A stretch of 64,000 nt of DNA from Azolla caroliniana (taxonomy: Eukaryota; Plantae; Polypodiophyta). Below, piece by piece: positions 24,262-37,272 of the stretch. A program made the position numbers and the translations under genes. Below the pieces are notes generated by a model. It saw only the letters and a list, made by a program, of their open reading frames with translations, searched no databases and was not told the origin of the DNA. The DNA is taken from assembly GCA_043228905.1 (NCBI GenBank), contig JBHGNT010000022.1, positions 7,378,001-7,442,000 on the forward strand, given 5' to 3'. Within the stretch, counting starts at the first letter, position 1. Each line of letters begins with the position of its first letter.

Positions 24262-24309
<48 letters not shown>
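24262..24309. repeat. (GA)n microsatellite
   Basis: Perfect GA run. Confidence 0.97.
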
Positions 24310-24311
<2 letters not shown>

Positions 24312-24516
24312 AAAGACTAGTTTATCTTTTCTTCTTCTTCTTATTCCTTCTCCTTTTTCTTTTGTTACTGTTTGTTAAGTAAGTGTGTGCTGTAAGAGTT
24401 ATCCATCCATGGAGGCTTTGACTATGTATGTACATATGTTACTACATATGTACATACTGCTACACATACATACATATGTATATATACACACATACATGCT
24501 CTGTTACGGAGCCTTT

Positions 24517-24733
24517 AGAGAGAAGGAGAAGGAGAAGGAGAAGGAGAAGGAGAGAAGGGTATATCTGCACGTGGGTAGTGCTGGATGCTCTCTCTCTCTC
24601 TCTCTCTCTCTCTTTCTGGCCCTCCAATAATGACTCTTTCCTCTCTCTCTCTCTCTCTCTCTCCCACATATACATATGTATACATACATTATACGTATAT
24701 ATACACACTGTTTTCTTTTCATAAGAATGCTCT

Positions 24734-24765
<32 letters not shown>
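24517..24765. repeat. Microsatellite cluster ((GAGAAG)n, three (CT)n tracts) upstream of the CTL gene
   Basis: Visible repeats. Confidence 0.9.
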
Positions 24766-24766
<1 letters not shown>

Positions 24767-24977
24767 TTCTGTCTCTTTGTGTTTGATTTATTTTGGGCTT
24801 CTCCAAGGAAGGGGAGAGAGGGCAGTTCAATTGAGTGTCCTGCTGCTTTTCCATTTCCTCAGCATCTCTTCAATCCTCCATCCAAATCCAAATCCAAATC
24901 CTGGGAATCTGATTATGCAGGATTAGGCGCAGCAGCAGCAGCAGCAGCATAGAGAAAAAGGACGAGGTAGCCGGCAG

Positions 24978-27900
24978 ATGGGAAATATAGTATGCTCTCT
25001 GCTCCTTCCCACACCGTTCTTTTCACAAGTCAGAGCTATAGTTTAAGAAGATAGGGAGGAGTGGCCATGGAGACACATAAGAGTTGGATCTCAGAGACAG
25101 ATAGAGCTTACAGAGACTAATAGATTGAGATAGAGCATAGTATAGCGAGTGGTAGAGAGAGAGAGAGAGAGAGAGAGAGAAGGAGAGAGAGAGAGTGGGT
25201 GAATGGACATCTGGTTTTCTTTGCTGTTTGTGACAGGAATCATCGGGGGGCGGTATTGAGGATTTCTGGAGCAATGCAGTGGAGATACAATCTAGAGAGG
25301 AGGCAATCTCTACTACCAGCAACAACTTTTGGGACCTTGATTATAATGGTGTGCCCAATGTGCTGCAACACCCCTCATACACACATAATCAAGGGCATGA
25401 AGACCCCGGAGAAGAACCACCGCAGTACTACGAAGATTCCTCCTCTCAAGGACCAGGCCATGTTAACACTACCGCTGCACCTGCTTCTCCACAGATTATA
25501 CCCTCCAAAATGAAGGAAAATAAGGTGGAATCAGAGGGTGCCCCTATACCCTCTTCGGCATCGTCGTCGATTCCTTCTCAAGCCGAGCCGGCTCCTCCTC
25601 CAGGACCAACAGCGCCTGCTGGCATGGCTCCATCAGAACCACCTGCACCTGCAGGTGTGGCTCCCCGCTCGGTTCCCATGCCTGCTGATGTGGAAGCTGC
25701 CGCTCCTTCGGCACAAGACGAAATCTTGGCCTCGGAAGCAGCTTCAGCAGCAGCTTCTTCTTTGGCGGCTGCCTCGGCTACTGATCTTAATATATCGAAG
25801 ATCCAAGCATCCAACCCAGTTCCGCCTGATGCCAAGGTGACAATTTCATGCTCTTTTAGGTCCTTTATTACTCTTCTGGGAGCTTTCTTTGTGCAATGTA
25901 TGTATACAAACACACACACACACACACACACACACAGAGCACACACAACACACGTATTGACGAGTAGCATTTTTCTAAACCGACATAATATTGATGCATC
26001 GCTCCCCCACGTATCTAAGTCTGACGTTCACCATATGTCCAAGTTTCCAAAAGGCTATTTATCATAGATCAGCATTATGTATGTATACCATACAAGATTG
26101 TCATTTACCACTGTTGTGGATTTAACATTGCACAGGCACAGCCTTTGTGGAAGCTCCATGGGTCGTTAAAAAAACAAAAATGCATATTCTATGTTTAGAA
26201 TACGTTTTTGAATACTCTGAAGTATTCTACACTTATTCTACGTTTTAGAGCTGCTATTTTTCAAATTTTCATGTATTCTACCGTATTCTGAAAATTTGAT
26301 GTATTCTACATATTCAACAAGTATTTATCATTTCAAAAAAGTTTAAAATGTTTTAAAGTTTTTAAAATGTTTTTGTTTTGAAAAACAAACATTAAATTTT
26401 AAGAAGTATTTAATGTATTACAAGTATTCTAAGTATTTAATGTATTTCACGTATTTTATCTGTAAAATATGTAATCTATGTATTTTAAGAAAAAAGTTAG
26501 TATACTTGTAGAATACGTAGCATACACTTTCTACACGTATTGTATGCTAAGATTCTACAACAATGGGAAGCAGTTTGGAAACTTTCAATCAATGTTGATA
26601 AATGGGGAATGCTTTGATTTCTCACTCATACACGTCGATAGAAGATTTGGAAACTTTCACATGATGTGGATTGAAATCTTGAGTAATATATATATATATA
26701 TACATGTTTATATATGATAATGGACTAGCCTTGTGGAAGCTTTTTATGTGGTGGTTGTACATGGTGATGGATGCTTTGATTGTGAAACTGCAGTTGGCCA
26801 GTGGTGGGGCAATAGCAAGAGTACGTTCATTGTACAGAGCTCCCAAAAAAGCTCCTGATCCATACTTCATGATTATTTTCCTAATTCAGCTTGCCAGCAC
26901 TGCAGTTGTGATAATCTTCTTTGCCATACGCTACCTGAAGCTCCACAACTTCAGGAGATGGTTCCCTCAACTCTCTGTGGCCATAGTCACCGGCTTACTC
27001 TTTGGCCTCCTGTGCCAGGGTCTCTTCAGTGTGAAACCAAGGCTAATGTCTCTCTCCATTGTCTGGATAAGTGCCCTCCTCACTTTTGGGGCTGCCGTGA
27101 TGCTCATATCCACCAGCTTGCCGGCGAATTTAGGCGTTGGCATCGCATTCCTCATCTTCTCAGTGTGTCAGAGTCTGTATGCTTGCTGGATATCGAACAG
27201 GTGAGTTCATCTGTTACTCCTCTGTTGTTAGAATTGGCTTGGGATCTACTCAAACATACAAATTTCTTTTGGTGAATACAAGGCTTAAACCCACAACCTT
27301 AAGATTACAAAATCTAAGTTTTACACTACACCATCATACTCATATAGAAGCAATAATTTTGTTTGATTCATTTTAAGAATTGTAATAAGGTAAGATAATG
27401 AATCTACAAGCAATAAATTCGTTTGATCAAAATGGTGGTTGATGTCAAATCTCTTGTTTTGGTGCATGACGGCATTGCCTTTCCATATTGTGTTCTAGCT
27501 TGTAAATGTCTGGTTAAAGTCAGTCTTCTTAATTAAAACATGGCATTAACTGCTTTTCCTAATATAAAGCACAAAATGTGCTATTTTGTGTGAACAGGGT
27601 AAAGTATGCAGGCAAGCTCCTCCATTATTGCTTGTTAAAAACTGCTAAAGAGATATCAGGGATCTACTTTTCGTCCTTTTGCGTGACACTTCTGGCGTCA
27701 TTATGGGTGTTGTTCTGGAGCTTTGGAGTGGTGACTGCGCTTAGTGTTCCGTTTGCACCACTCATAATCTTGGCATTGTTGGCAACCCTTGCTTGGACTT
27801 TGGAGACCTTAAGGAATGTGGTATGTGCCTCGACAGCAAGGAGAGTTGCTGCAGTGTACTTAGATAAGCCACCGATCTCTGGGAGCCAATCTCTCTCTGC

Positions 27901-29682
27901 GGCTTTCTCAACATGGTTTGGAAGCATCTGCATGGGGTCTCTATTTGTCCCGACTCTCCATATCCTCCGAGTCATGGTTAGTTGCATGAAATTGAGTTCT
28001 GCTTTTGGAGCTTTTGTTCGCATGACATTTTTAAAACGAGAGCGCTATCATTTTCACTCTTTTCGTGTCTACGGAAAATTAGTGGATGGATTGCCAATGT
28101 TGTAATTCCATCGTCATAGGACATTGTGCCTGTGTGTATTTGTCTCGCTGTATAAGAAATTTGTCTCGGTGTATAAGAATCTAAATTAACGTTAAGCAGA
28201 ATTAAGGAGAAAAATAAGGAAGAAAGAGGGTGCTAGTCCACCTGACCATCCCTCAGCAAAGGTGTGGTGTCCCATACCACTGAGTTCAGACATGGATCGT
28301 ACTTGGTTTTGATGGAGGCACACGTGTATGCTCGTAACACAGCGTGTGCAAATTTTCAAGAGAATGATTTCCATAATGTGCTTTAATGTGAAATGCCTTG
28401 TTATTACATCTGATACGTATTGTGCCAAATATGCAATACAGGCGAGGGGGCTGAACAGGATCCATACAGAGAATGAATTCATGTTCTCCTGTGCTGGTTG
28501 CTTCTACAATATTACGAACAAGTGTTCTAAGTATGCCAATAATTGGGCATATGTCCAGGTAGGAAAGACCCTATATATATCCTTTTGCCTACAGTAAGTT
28601 CGGATTTTCACAACATCATTACAACACCACATGATATTGTTGTATAAACTTGACATGACAGGTTGCTGTTCATAACAAGCGTTTTTTTAAAGCATCGTAC
28701 GATACTATCAAGCTATTTGAGAACAAGCGTCTGGACAAGGTCATTGAGAAAGACTTGACTAGCTCCTTTTGTGTATTGAGTGGGATATCTGGAGGCATGC
28801 TATGCGTCTTAGTAAGTGGTGGATGGACCTTTGGGATTGATAAGCCCCTAACGTCATCGATCTCGGTACTCTCATTCTGCATCGGTTACTTCCTTGTAAG
28901 CTCCACTGCTAAAAGATACTGAATATTAGAACACTTGTTACTTGTTTTGATCATGATTTGGCTTGAATGAATGGTGTGTACAAACTACGTAGTGTCAAAT
29001 TGTCTTCCACATTTGTTACTCTTTGATTAACAACTCATTCATGGTAATTCTGATGGATTTTTGTATAAAACCCTGTCCTCTTAAAAGAATACTTGAACAC
29101 GAGCATGGGTGTGATTTCTCTGTTTCCATATTGCTTCCAAATGTTCCTTAAATTTTTGTTATTTTCCCAAATGCTCTTTTCTGGCCCTGAAAGAAAAGAA
29201 CAATCACATACTTTGTTTTTTTGAGTGATTACATGGTTGATTCATCCCCTTCTTTCTCTGTGGACAAATGGGGCATTTGGGGAAATAATGGAAACTGAGG
29301 GAAATTTTAGGAAATAAAGAAAAAGGTGTGTTTTGGAGTTTTCTCTGTTGACAAATGGGTCATTTGGGGAAATAATGGAAACTGAGGGAAATTTTAGGAA
29401 ATAAAGAAAAATGTGTGTTTTGGAGTTTTTCTGGATTAGAAAAAAACTAAAAACTGTATTAGTAGAAAGAAATTTTTTATTGAGCCTTGAAATCATTTTA
29501 TTTATTATTTATTTTATTTTAAATGGCAGGTTCGAATAATGATGGCTGTGCCTCATGGTGTAGCTAGTGCACATTATGTATGCTATGGAGAAAATCCGAC
29601 TGGGCCACAATTCGCAACCAGTCCAGTTCATGAACGTCTAAAAGACTTACTGGCTGAAGAAGATGCTGAAGCTGCGAAGTAG
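24978..29682 (+). CDS. Plasma-membrane choline transporter-like protein (CTL/SLC44/PNS1 family), ~633 aa; exons 24978-24989, 25237-25836, 26794-27200, 27598-27976, 28442-28558, 28662-28895, 29530-29682
   Basis: All introns are GT-AG and in phase (1902 nt). Multiple TM segments and family-type motifs FGSICMGSLFVP, ARGLN..ENEFMFSCA, NNWAYVQVAVHNKRFFKAS, DLTSSFC and YVCYGENP. The first micro-exon is the least certain part. Confidence 0.9.
26157..26565. mobile_element. Possible degenerate hAT-like MITE in intron 2
   Basis: Internal TATTCTA/TAGAATAC repeats in both orientations, weak TIRs, and flanks GGAAGCTC/GGAAGCAG (6/8). Confidence 0.4.
29254..29433. repeat. Tandem duplication, 87-bp period, in intron 6
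   Basis: ACAAATGG at 29264 and 29351 with near-identical continuation. Confidence 0.9.
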
Positions 29683-30936
29683 GGATGATGAATGATAAAG
29701 CCAAAATAGGGTGACCCTCGAAAAGAATATTTCTTTATTAACTCACTCACTGATTCACTTTCTCCTTGAGTATTGTATATACAAATTGCATACATCATCA
29801 GGGGGAAGAAGACTCAAGAATGGTTGATGTATAGCATCATTCATCCCTTTTGGAGTTGTCCATGCAAAAATTCATATCATCAGATGCATGGTTGCTCTGG
29901 TGTAAAACATTAATTAGTCTATAGTGTAGTGATACTAGTCTCTCTAAATTTTTTCGGACACGAAGATGTGAGTCAACTTCATGTTTTTCATGTTCTTTTA
30001 AGAACCGCACTCGCTAACCTAATTGTTTTAAGAGGCCTCAAAATTCGAAAGTTTTTTTTGTAAAGGCCGAATGAATGTAACGATAAAGAAGTAGAGTTCA
30101 AAATGTGATTATTTATTGCAGTGCTGCTTCAGATCTTTAGTTTCCATGGGAGCCAAGGAAGATTCCTAATAATTGTGCATTATTATGCAATGCATGAAAG
30201 TCTCGTTGAACAATATATAGTAGTAGTACCACTTGCTTATAATGCCAGTAATAATAGTAACAGGTGAATTAAAGGGGTATATGGCTGTACTTGATGCACT
30301 CACTATAAGGCCTCCCTGTTCTCTGTAATTGGCTTGTATTTTAGTGTTGAGGTGTATTTCTTGTATACTATGTTTCAACCAAATCGCTTCACCTGAAGGT
30401 AGGTCAGTTGGTAAGATTGTTGAACAACCTTATCAGTTGGAGATAACACAAGAATAGATGACCACATGACCATTATTGTAACTTCAAATCCACTTTGTTG
30501 GTTCGTATGAGAGACAAAAGTATGCTTTATCCAAAGAGGCAAGAGTAATCTGTGAAGGTTACTTGATGTGGATAGCTTGGTGTTTGACCCATTTTATGAT
30601 TATAAAAATTGTGGAAGACGAGAAATGATTGATGAGCTTCTCTTTTCATAAACATCAAATATGGATAGTTGCGAGCAATGGCCTCATACCCTTCAATGTG
30701 TTGATGAGTAGATTTTTTTCATGAACTTCGAGGGAAATGCGTGTGGAACAAATGCCCTCTTTCATTTGCCTATGTGGAACATATATGCACATTCTAGAAC
30801 TTGAATCCACAACCTAAGCGTTATGAATCTCTATAGACCAGCATTACGAGAAATGGGGAACACCAAAGAAGTGTAATCAACACATATTGTGGGGATTTTA
30901 CCTATATTTTAACATCAAGGATTTCTTATTTGCAAG

Positions 30937-31199
30937 AAGGAATCAACAACGGTTTAGTTATGGCTTAACCGGTTTGGCTTTGTCCAAACCAAACCAGATA
31001 AGCCTAAACCAATTTGAGAGTATTCAAACTTGAATTGGAGAGGTTCCTAAACTGGCTTGGTTCGACTTGAGCCTTGCCAAATCGAGCTCAAATCGATTAA
31101 GGAGGCTCAAGCTTGAACTGAACATCTAAACCACCAAACTGTTTATGAATGGTTTTAACGGTTCGGTTTAGGCTTGAGCCAAGCTGTTGCCAATTCCTA
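30937..31199. mobile_element. hAT-type MITE
   Basis: Imperfect TIRs AAGGAATCAACAACGG / GCTGTTGCCAATTCCTA; 8-bp TSD TTTGCAAG/TTTCCAAG; internal AACCG/CGGTT/CTTGA motifs. Confidence 0.72.
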
Positions 31200-33410
31200 T
31201 TTCCAAGTGCATTGATTTTGGGGTTATGTTATGCATATATAACCAAGGGGAAGCATTAAAGGTGAACAATAAGTTGTTATATGCTATTTCCGTGCTTTTC
31301 TCGGGCCTCCAAGCAAATAACGATGGGTAAGCATTGAAGGACAATCATTTCTTAATGATATTGGCATACTTTTTATCGCCTTTAACATAAATGCAATTGT
31401 CATGGCAATTGATTATCAACTAGTTGTCAGTGATGTAGAACGATTAATTGTTTTGGTTGCGGAAGAGGAGATAAATGAAATAAATGATAACATTATTGTC
31501 TTAATAATAACTACGTAATAAAGTCGTAAGATAAGAGAAAAACTAAATGATTACCTCAACTCTCAAGGAGAGAATGCCCAACTTCAATAGAAATTCTAAA
31601 AACAATCTAAATGGCTACCAAAGTTCTTCTTTTGAACCTAAATATTCATGGATTCTTATATGATGATATTTATGTGACTTGGATTTCAAGAAGAATTGAG
31701 TGCTCAAGTTTGAACTCCAATACGAATGGTCATTGAAGATGGCAATACCATATTTTGGCCACAATCTATGAGTTTTGGGAGAAAATAAACTGCAATCTAA
31801 AGACAATACTTGTTACATACCTTAAAACACTTGGAAGGCTTGGAAATTGTCTATGTCATCGCCAAGGTGAGTAAGTGAGAGAGAGAGAGTGCACAATTAT
31901 AATTATAATTATATATAGCTAACAAAGATCTCATATTCCCATTGGATGTTTTGTACCATAACAAATAAAAACAAAATGTGTAATGTACAAAGTAACCCTA
32001 ATTTATGCACTACTATCAACTAGAAGGTTTGAAGTGTGTGGCACAACATATCAACACTACAACGTGAAGGTAAATCACATTCCTAAGGTCTTGGAAAATT
32101 AAAGTTATATACATCTATGGTTTAATCAATGATGATCCTTGTTGATATAAGCCCAAATACAAGGATCATACTTTTACTAACAATGTGGACTAAACGAATG
32201 GTTACAACAAACTGAATGCGATTGTGCACATCATTGATGGTTCTCTTACATATATTTTTCTAGTCATAGATGCTTTCTTGAGCATTAACTTCACCTTGAA
32301 AAAGGTACACCATGATGGTTGAAAGGAATATTGTAGACCCTCATGAGTCATGATTCATCCTTTTCTTGCAAAAGAAATGAGGCTTATCCCTTGAGTAAAG
32401 GACAATATCCATTTGAAATGGTGAAAGAATAAGTCAACAAATGAGGCTAATCATGACATGGATTTTCGAACAAGAAATATGGGGAAACTAGAAATTTCTG
32501 TTTTTCTCTAATAATAATAATGACATCGCATCGTCTAACGGTAGTGTCGACTCCAAAGTTTGAAATACGAAGTTGCCCAATGTTGTGTACAACTATAGAC
32601 AATGTATCATAATAGACGATTTTGGACTACTATTCATCATAATAAACTAGAACTTGTTTCATTGTGCCGGTTTTTAGGGTAAAAGCAAAAGATTATGGTA
32701 CTATTGGCAACGATGATACGCAAGCTAAAAGCAAAACAAGAACATTAAAATGGAAGTGGGAATTTATGTTGCTTGACAAATTCCTTGGTCCAAGACAACA
32801 GTGATCACTATTCTAACTTAGAAGACTACAAGAGAAAATTTACAAAAAATCCTTTGGTTTCACTCTCACTCTCACTATTTGCCAAACACCTTACAAACAA
32901 TTAAAAAACTTGTATCTCTCAAATATGCTTCTATTACTCAATGGTAAATTACAACAAAAGAATGCCTATAACAAGATTTGACAAACACAATATACATTAG
33001 TCACTTGTTTGACATGCACTAGACACTTGTTTAAATGCAAGAAGGTCATGGCTCACATTGAACAAACACTTGTTGTTATGGAGCAAGTGGGTGATTTGAT
33101 TTGATTAAATGATTTGGGGATGAGAAAGGGGATGAGTGAACTCATATGATCTTTTGAATAGAATCAAACAAGCAAGGAGTCTCTACAACACACATGTTGT
33201 CAATCTAGAGATAACTGAGAGAGACAAGAGGTGAGAGGGAGACGAGAGAGTTAAGAGATATAGGAGAAACAAAGATGAATAAGAAGGATATATTAGTGTC
33301 CTATGCCACTGATCTTGTCGAGATCAACCATGGGTGAGCCCCCATTTATATGTCATAGATTACAATTAACGATATATATATGGACCCTAAGTGAAATTCC
33401 AATTGAATAT

Positions 33411-34407
33411 TGTGGTGTGCATGTGTGCCTTTGTGCCACCCTTTTAACACACTCTTTTTAGCTAAGCCAAGCCAAATGGGTACCTTTGTATCAACTATAA
33501 ATTGAGTAAGAAGTAAGAAGCTAACTAGGCTGGTTTTGATATCTTATGTGCATTTCACATATTGGCAGAGATGCCTGGTACCAGTCCCCCACATCCAAGT
33601 ATCCACCTCTTCCCCCTCATCTTAGGTTGCCCACTAACTTCTTGTCCCATGAGTTTCTTCAATCCCCTTCCTACACGGTAGCCGTCTTGTCCCCCATCTC
33701 AACCAAGTTCAAGTGGCCCTCAGTCCAAAAGAGTGATTGATCTTTATCCGCCTATAGCCCTCCTATCCCCCACCTCAACCAAGTCTAGGTGGCACTCAGT
33801 CCACAGGAGTGACTGATCTCTATCCGCCTATAACCCTCCTATCCCCCACCTTAGCCAAGTCTAGGTGGCCCTTAGTCCACAAGAGGGATTGATCTCTATT
33901 CGCCAATTGCTAGCTCGTTTTCCGTCACTAGCCCCGTCCAACTATCATCTGATCAGGGCCGCCAGTTCCACGGGGATGTCCTCAAAGTCATTCCAACTCA
34001 ACTAGGTGTCCAATAGGTGTTTACGTCCTCATACCGTCCTTAGACCAATGGCCTCACCAAATGCCTCAACAAGACCCTCAAGTAGGAGGTTGCCACACGA
34101 ATCAACCCTTTTCGAGCACTCTATGGGCGTGATCCTCGCCTCCCACCAGAATCGTCCATTGATGTCCATTCCAAACCTATCAACATGCCACCCTAGGCCC
34201 ATCATTTGACCCTTGTCCTTTCTCCATGTTGTAAACCTCTTTGTTTCTCTCAAGGGGGAAATGTGGTGTGCATGTGTGCCTTTGTGCCACCCTTTTAGCA
34301 CCCTTTTTAGCTAAGCCAACCCAATTGGGTACCTTTGTATCAACTATAAATTGAGTAAGAGTAAGAAGCTAACTAGGCTGGTTTTGATCTCTTATGTGCA
34401 TTTCACA
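33411..34407 (+). mobile_element. TRIM-like non-autonomous LTR element (gypsy-derived)
   Basis: LTRs at 33411-33559 and 34262-34407 (TG...CA); TGG-starting PBS-like site at 33563; PPT AAGGGGGAAA at 34252-34261; TSD ATAT. Internal integrase relic SDQGRQF...FTSSYRP*TNGL. Confidence 0.9.
33691..33905. repeat. 76-bp tandem repeat (~2.8 copies) inside the TRIM
   Basis: CCCCCA(T/C)CT.. units at 33691, 33767 and 33843. Confidence 0.88.
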
Positions 34408-34899
34408 ATATAATACTTGAATCTTCACATTATTTACAATCTACCCCTTGGTTGTTGTGACGTGCTTGACATGCAATGGTAGGTTCACCACCTTATAAAA
34501 AACCATTTGGCTTAATTGAAGCTAATAGGACATACTCAAGGTCACGCCTTCTGCAAGGATACTTTCTTTTGATACCCTTGTTGCATTCCTTTTCTTGTGT
34601 AGGGTTCTCCATGTCACTTCTTAATATAAGGTGACTTGAACTAAGTCCGAGTAGTTGCCAACTTTTTTGTGGAAATTGACTATCACATTGTAGCTTAATG
34701 ATATATTTCAAAAACAAGTCCCTCAATTACATACTTTAACTAGACCAAGTCATGAGGGATTTCAATGATCAATATTTCATTGTTCTATTGGGGACCATGT
34801 ATGGATAATGATGTGCTAGGCTATGTGTCTTCATTCATTTGTTATTTGAACTTTAAGTATGTATGTTCTCTTAGAGTGATGCAACCTTTTCTCATTCTA

Positions 34900-35430
34900 G
34901 ATAGAAAATGACAAAACAAGTCCATGGACTTCTTGTCGGTTTTGTACTCGACATCACCAGAATGTGATGTTAATTGTGGTTGACCATTTGATTAAAATGG
35001 CACACATTATTCCCAATGTGAAGAAAGAGATCTCAACATAAGTAACCAAATCTTCTTTTAAACATATATTTTGCATATATGTGTTACTCAAAACTATTGT
35101 CTTGGATTGAGGTACTCGTTTCATAGGTCAACTTTTAGACAAATCTATAAGCAAGACTAGACTCAATTGAATTTTGGTGGTGGAGAAAATCCTAAGACAA
35201 TCAAGGCAAACATATATTCTAAATCCATGGATCACATGAATCTATTGTCTCAAATTGAGAAATTCATTTCACAAGACAAGTTTGTGTGCTAGTTTATTTG
35301 TAAGACTAGGCTCTAAATCGAGTTTTGTATCTGAGAGCATCCTAAGACCGATGGTAGAAAATAAAGGATTAACCAAGAGTTGGAATATATGTTGACAACT
35401 TATGTATGTGTTCATCAAACAAAGTAGGGT
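34900..35430 (+). mobile_element. Highly decayed gypsy integrase fragment
   Basis: SMDF...VDHLIKMAHIIP-like remnants. Confidence 0.55.
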
Positions 35431-35449
35431 ATTTATTTGCTATTGATTG

Positions 35450-36100
35450 AGGTGTGTATGTCAAATATGCCCACTTTGCCCATTATTGTTTTCTATAGTT
35501 ACTCATCCCTTGTTGGTGATGTTATTAAAGCGTCAAGTTTCACATCAAAATCTTGAGAAGGGGATGCACGTGTTGGAACAATTTTCCTTGGCATTTGAAT
35601 TACATGTTAATTGGAGGGCATCTCACTTCATCTCGTGTATTGAGATGGATTTGGAATATCTGAGATGAATTTTTTGGCATTTGAGGCATCCATTGAAAGT
35701 GAATATTATGTACGCCCAGTTAATTAAATGTATGACTAGAAAATTGAAGGATAAGTTCATATGTTGGAAGTCACAAGCTTGGCCATTTCATGTATGACTT
35801 AAAGGTGTATAAAGTATTATGGAACCGATGATATTATATTGTTTTGTTGTCGCTACCATGGACCAATAAGGCTTTGCATTTGTTTTGCAACCTCTTTGAT
35901 ATTTGGGGGATATTTGTTATGGAGGAAGAGGGATAAGATGGGGATCACATGGGTTTCGTGAAACCATCTAACAATCCTGAAGTGCTTTGGTAGAGTTGCA
36001 ATGTTGGAGTTATCTATGCATATGATGACTAGTTGATTCTCATTATTGCAAGACGTTCACACTCATAATTGTAGATATCTATTGTCCAATTTTTTATTGA
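35450..36100 (+). mobile_element. Highly decayed LINE reverse-transcriptase fragment
   Basis: VCQICPLCPLLF resembles the RQGCPLSPLLF motif; many stops. Confidence 0.45.
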
Positions 36101-36292
36101 GAACGACAGGGTAGCACATCGGAGGACAACAATTAAGGTAGTGTGGTTACAACACTTGGTTTTTTTATAGCACAAAGTACTCTCCTTATTTTGTATGGGC
36201 ACCTTCTTATATAGGTAGAAACCCTAGGCCCCTAGTGTGTTCACACTTGACGAGTTTAAAGTGGTCATATGATAATACACTTAATAGTTATC

Positions 36293-37272
36293 TGTAAAAA
36301 GATAAGTGCGGAAGTGTATACGAAAGACATAGAGTACACGATCAGTTATTCGGAAGTACTACAGTTAGGTAAACATAGAGGATGTGTGAGAGAGATTGAG
36401 TGAGAGCAAACAACAAAATTCTATTACAAAAATTCTCTGTACTTAGTTACATACAATGTGCTCAATGAGCACTATTTATACAAGTCCTCAAAAGGATTGA
36501 CAGAAGTACTAACAAGTACTTCAATGCTCATAAAAGAGCCTCTGACACTAACTGCCTATATTAGGCCTATTTCGTAGAATAGGTCTAATTGGCACGTGTG
36601 GTGTTCTGGAATGGCTTCTCCAGCTGCCCCATCATCTTGTCCGGATTCTCATCTGGATTCTACATCTGGTCCGTCATCCGGATCCGGTATCCAACTTCTT
36701 TAGCCGATCCAACATCCGGTCCAAAAATTGGGCCTAACCAATCGGATTGATTCCGATCTAACCTACCGGCTTATCCAGCCGGTCCGGCCCGTTGAGCTTG
36801 CTTGCTCAACACTCCCCCTCAAACTCAACTTGAGGTCGGTCCGTCATGTCAGATTTAGCCGGTCCTTGCTTCCGGCTCCTCTTGGCGTTCTCACACTTAG
36901 CTCGCATTCTGTGTTCTATTGCGACATTGGCGCCCCTTGACCCGCCGGTTCCTCCGTATTGGTGTCGCATGCCACCTCCTCCAGCTCTGACTCTCCCTTG
37001 TCCGGTTGATTTCTACTCCGGTTCATTCTTCTGGCCACTCCCCCTGCATTCGTCCTCGACTTCTTCAACCGTCCCGAAATTGAACTCTTCATATGATTCG
37101 GTTACTCGAACTTCATCTCTCTCCTCCCTCTTGTTCTCGTTCCTCCCCCTCAAGTTTGGCATGTTGAGGTGTTGTATGCCAAACATGCTCAAAAATCACC
37201 GTAACTTGTCTAGACCGAGAGGTTTGGTGAAGATATCGACAACCTGCTGATCCGTCAGAACATATGCAAGTT
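36293..37272 (-). mobile_element. Copia E1 3' end (RNase H end, PPT, 3' LTR 36293-36811)
   Basis: QVVDIFTKPLGLDKL on the minus strand; CTCCCCCT (PPT complement) at 36812-36819. Confidence 0.75.

Noticed and set aside
30200-32460. Possible MULE-type transposase relic on +
   Set aside because: Only a faint TNN-like motif among many stops; not supportable without a search.
32630-34740. LTR-like host sequence around the TRIM (PPT-like complement near 34440)
   Set aside because: Boundaries and partner LTR could not be established by eye.
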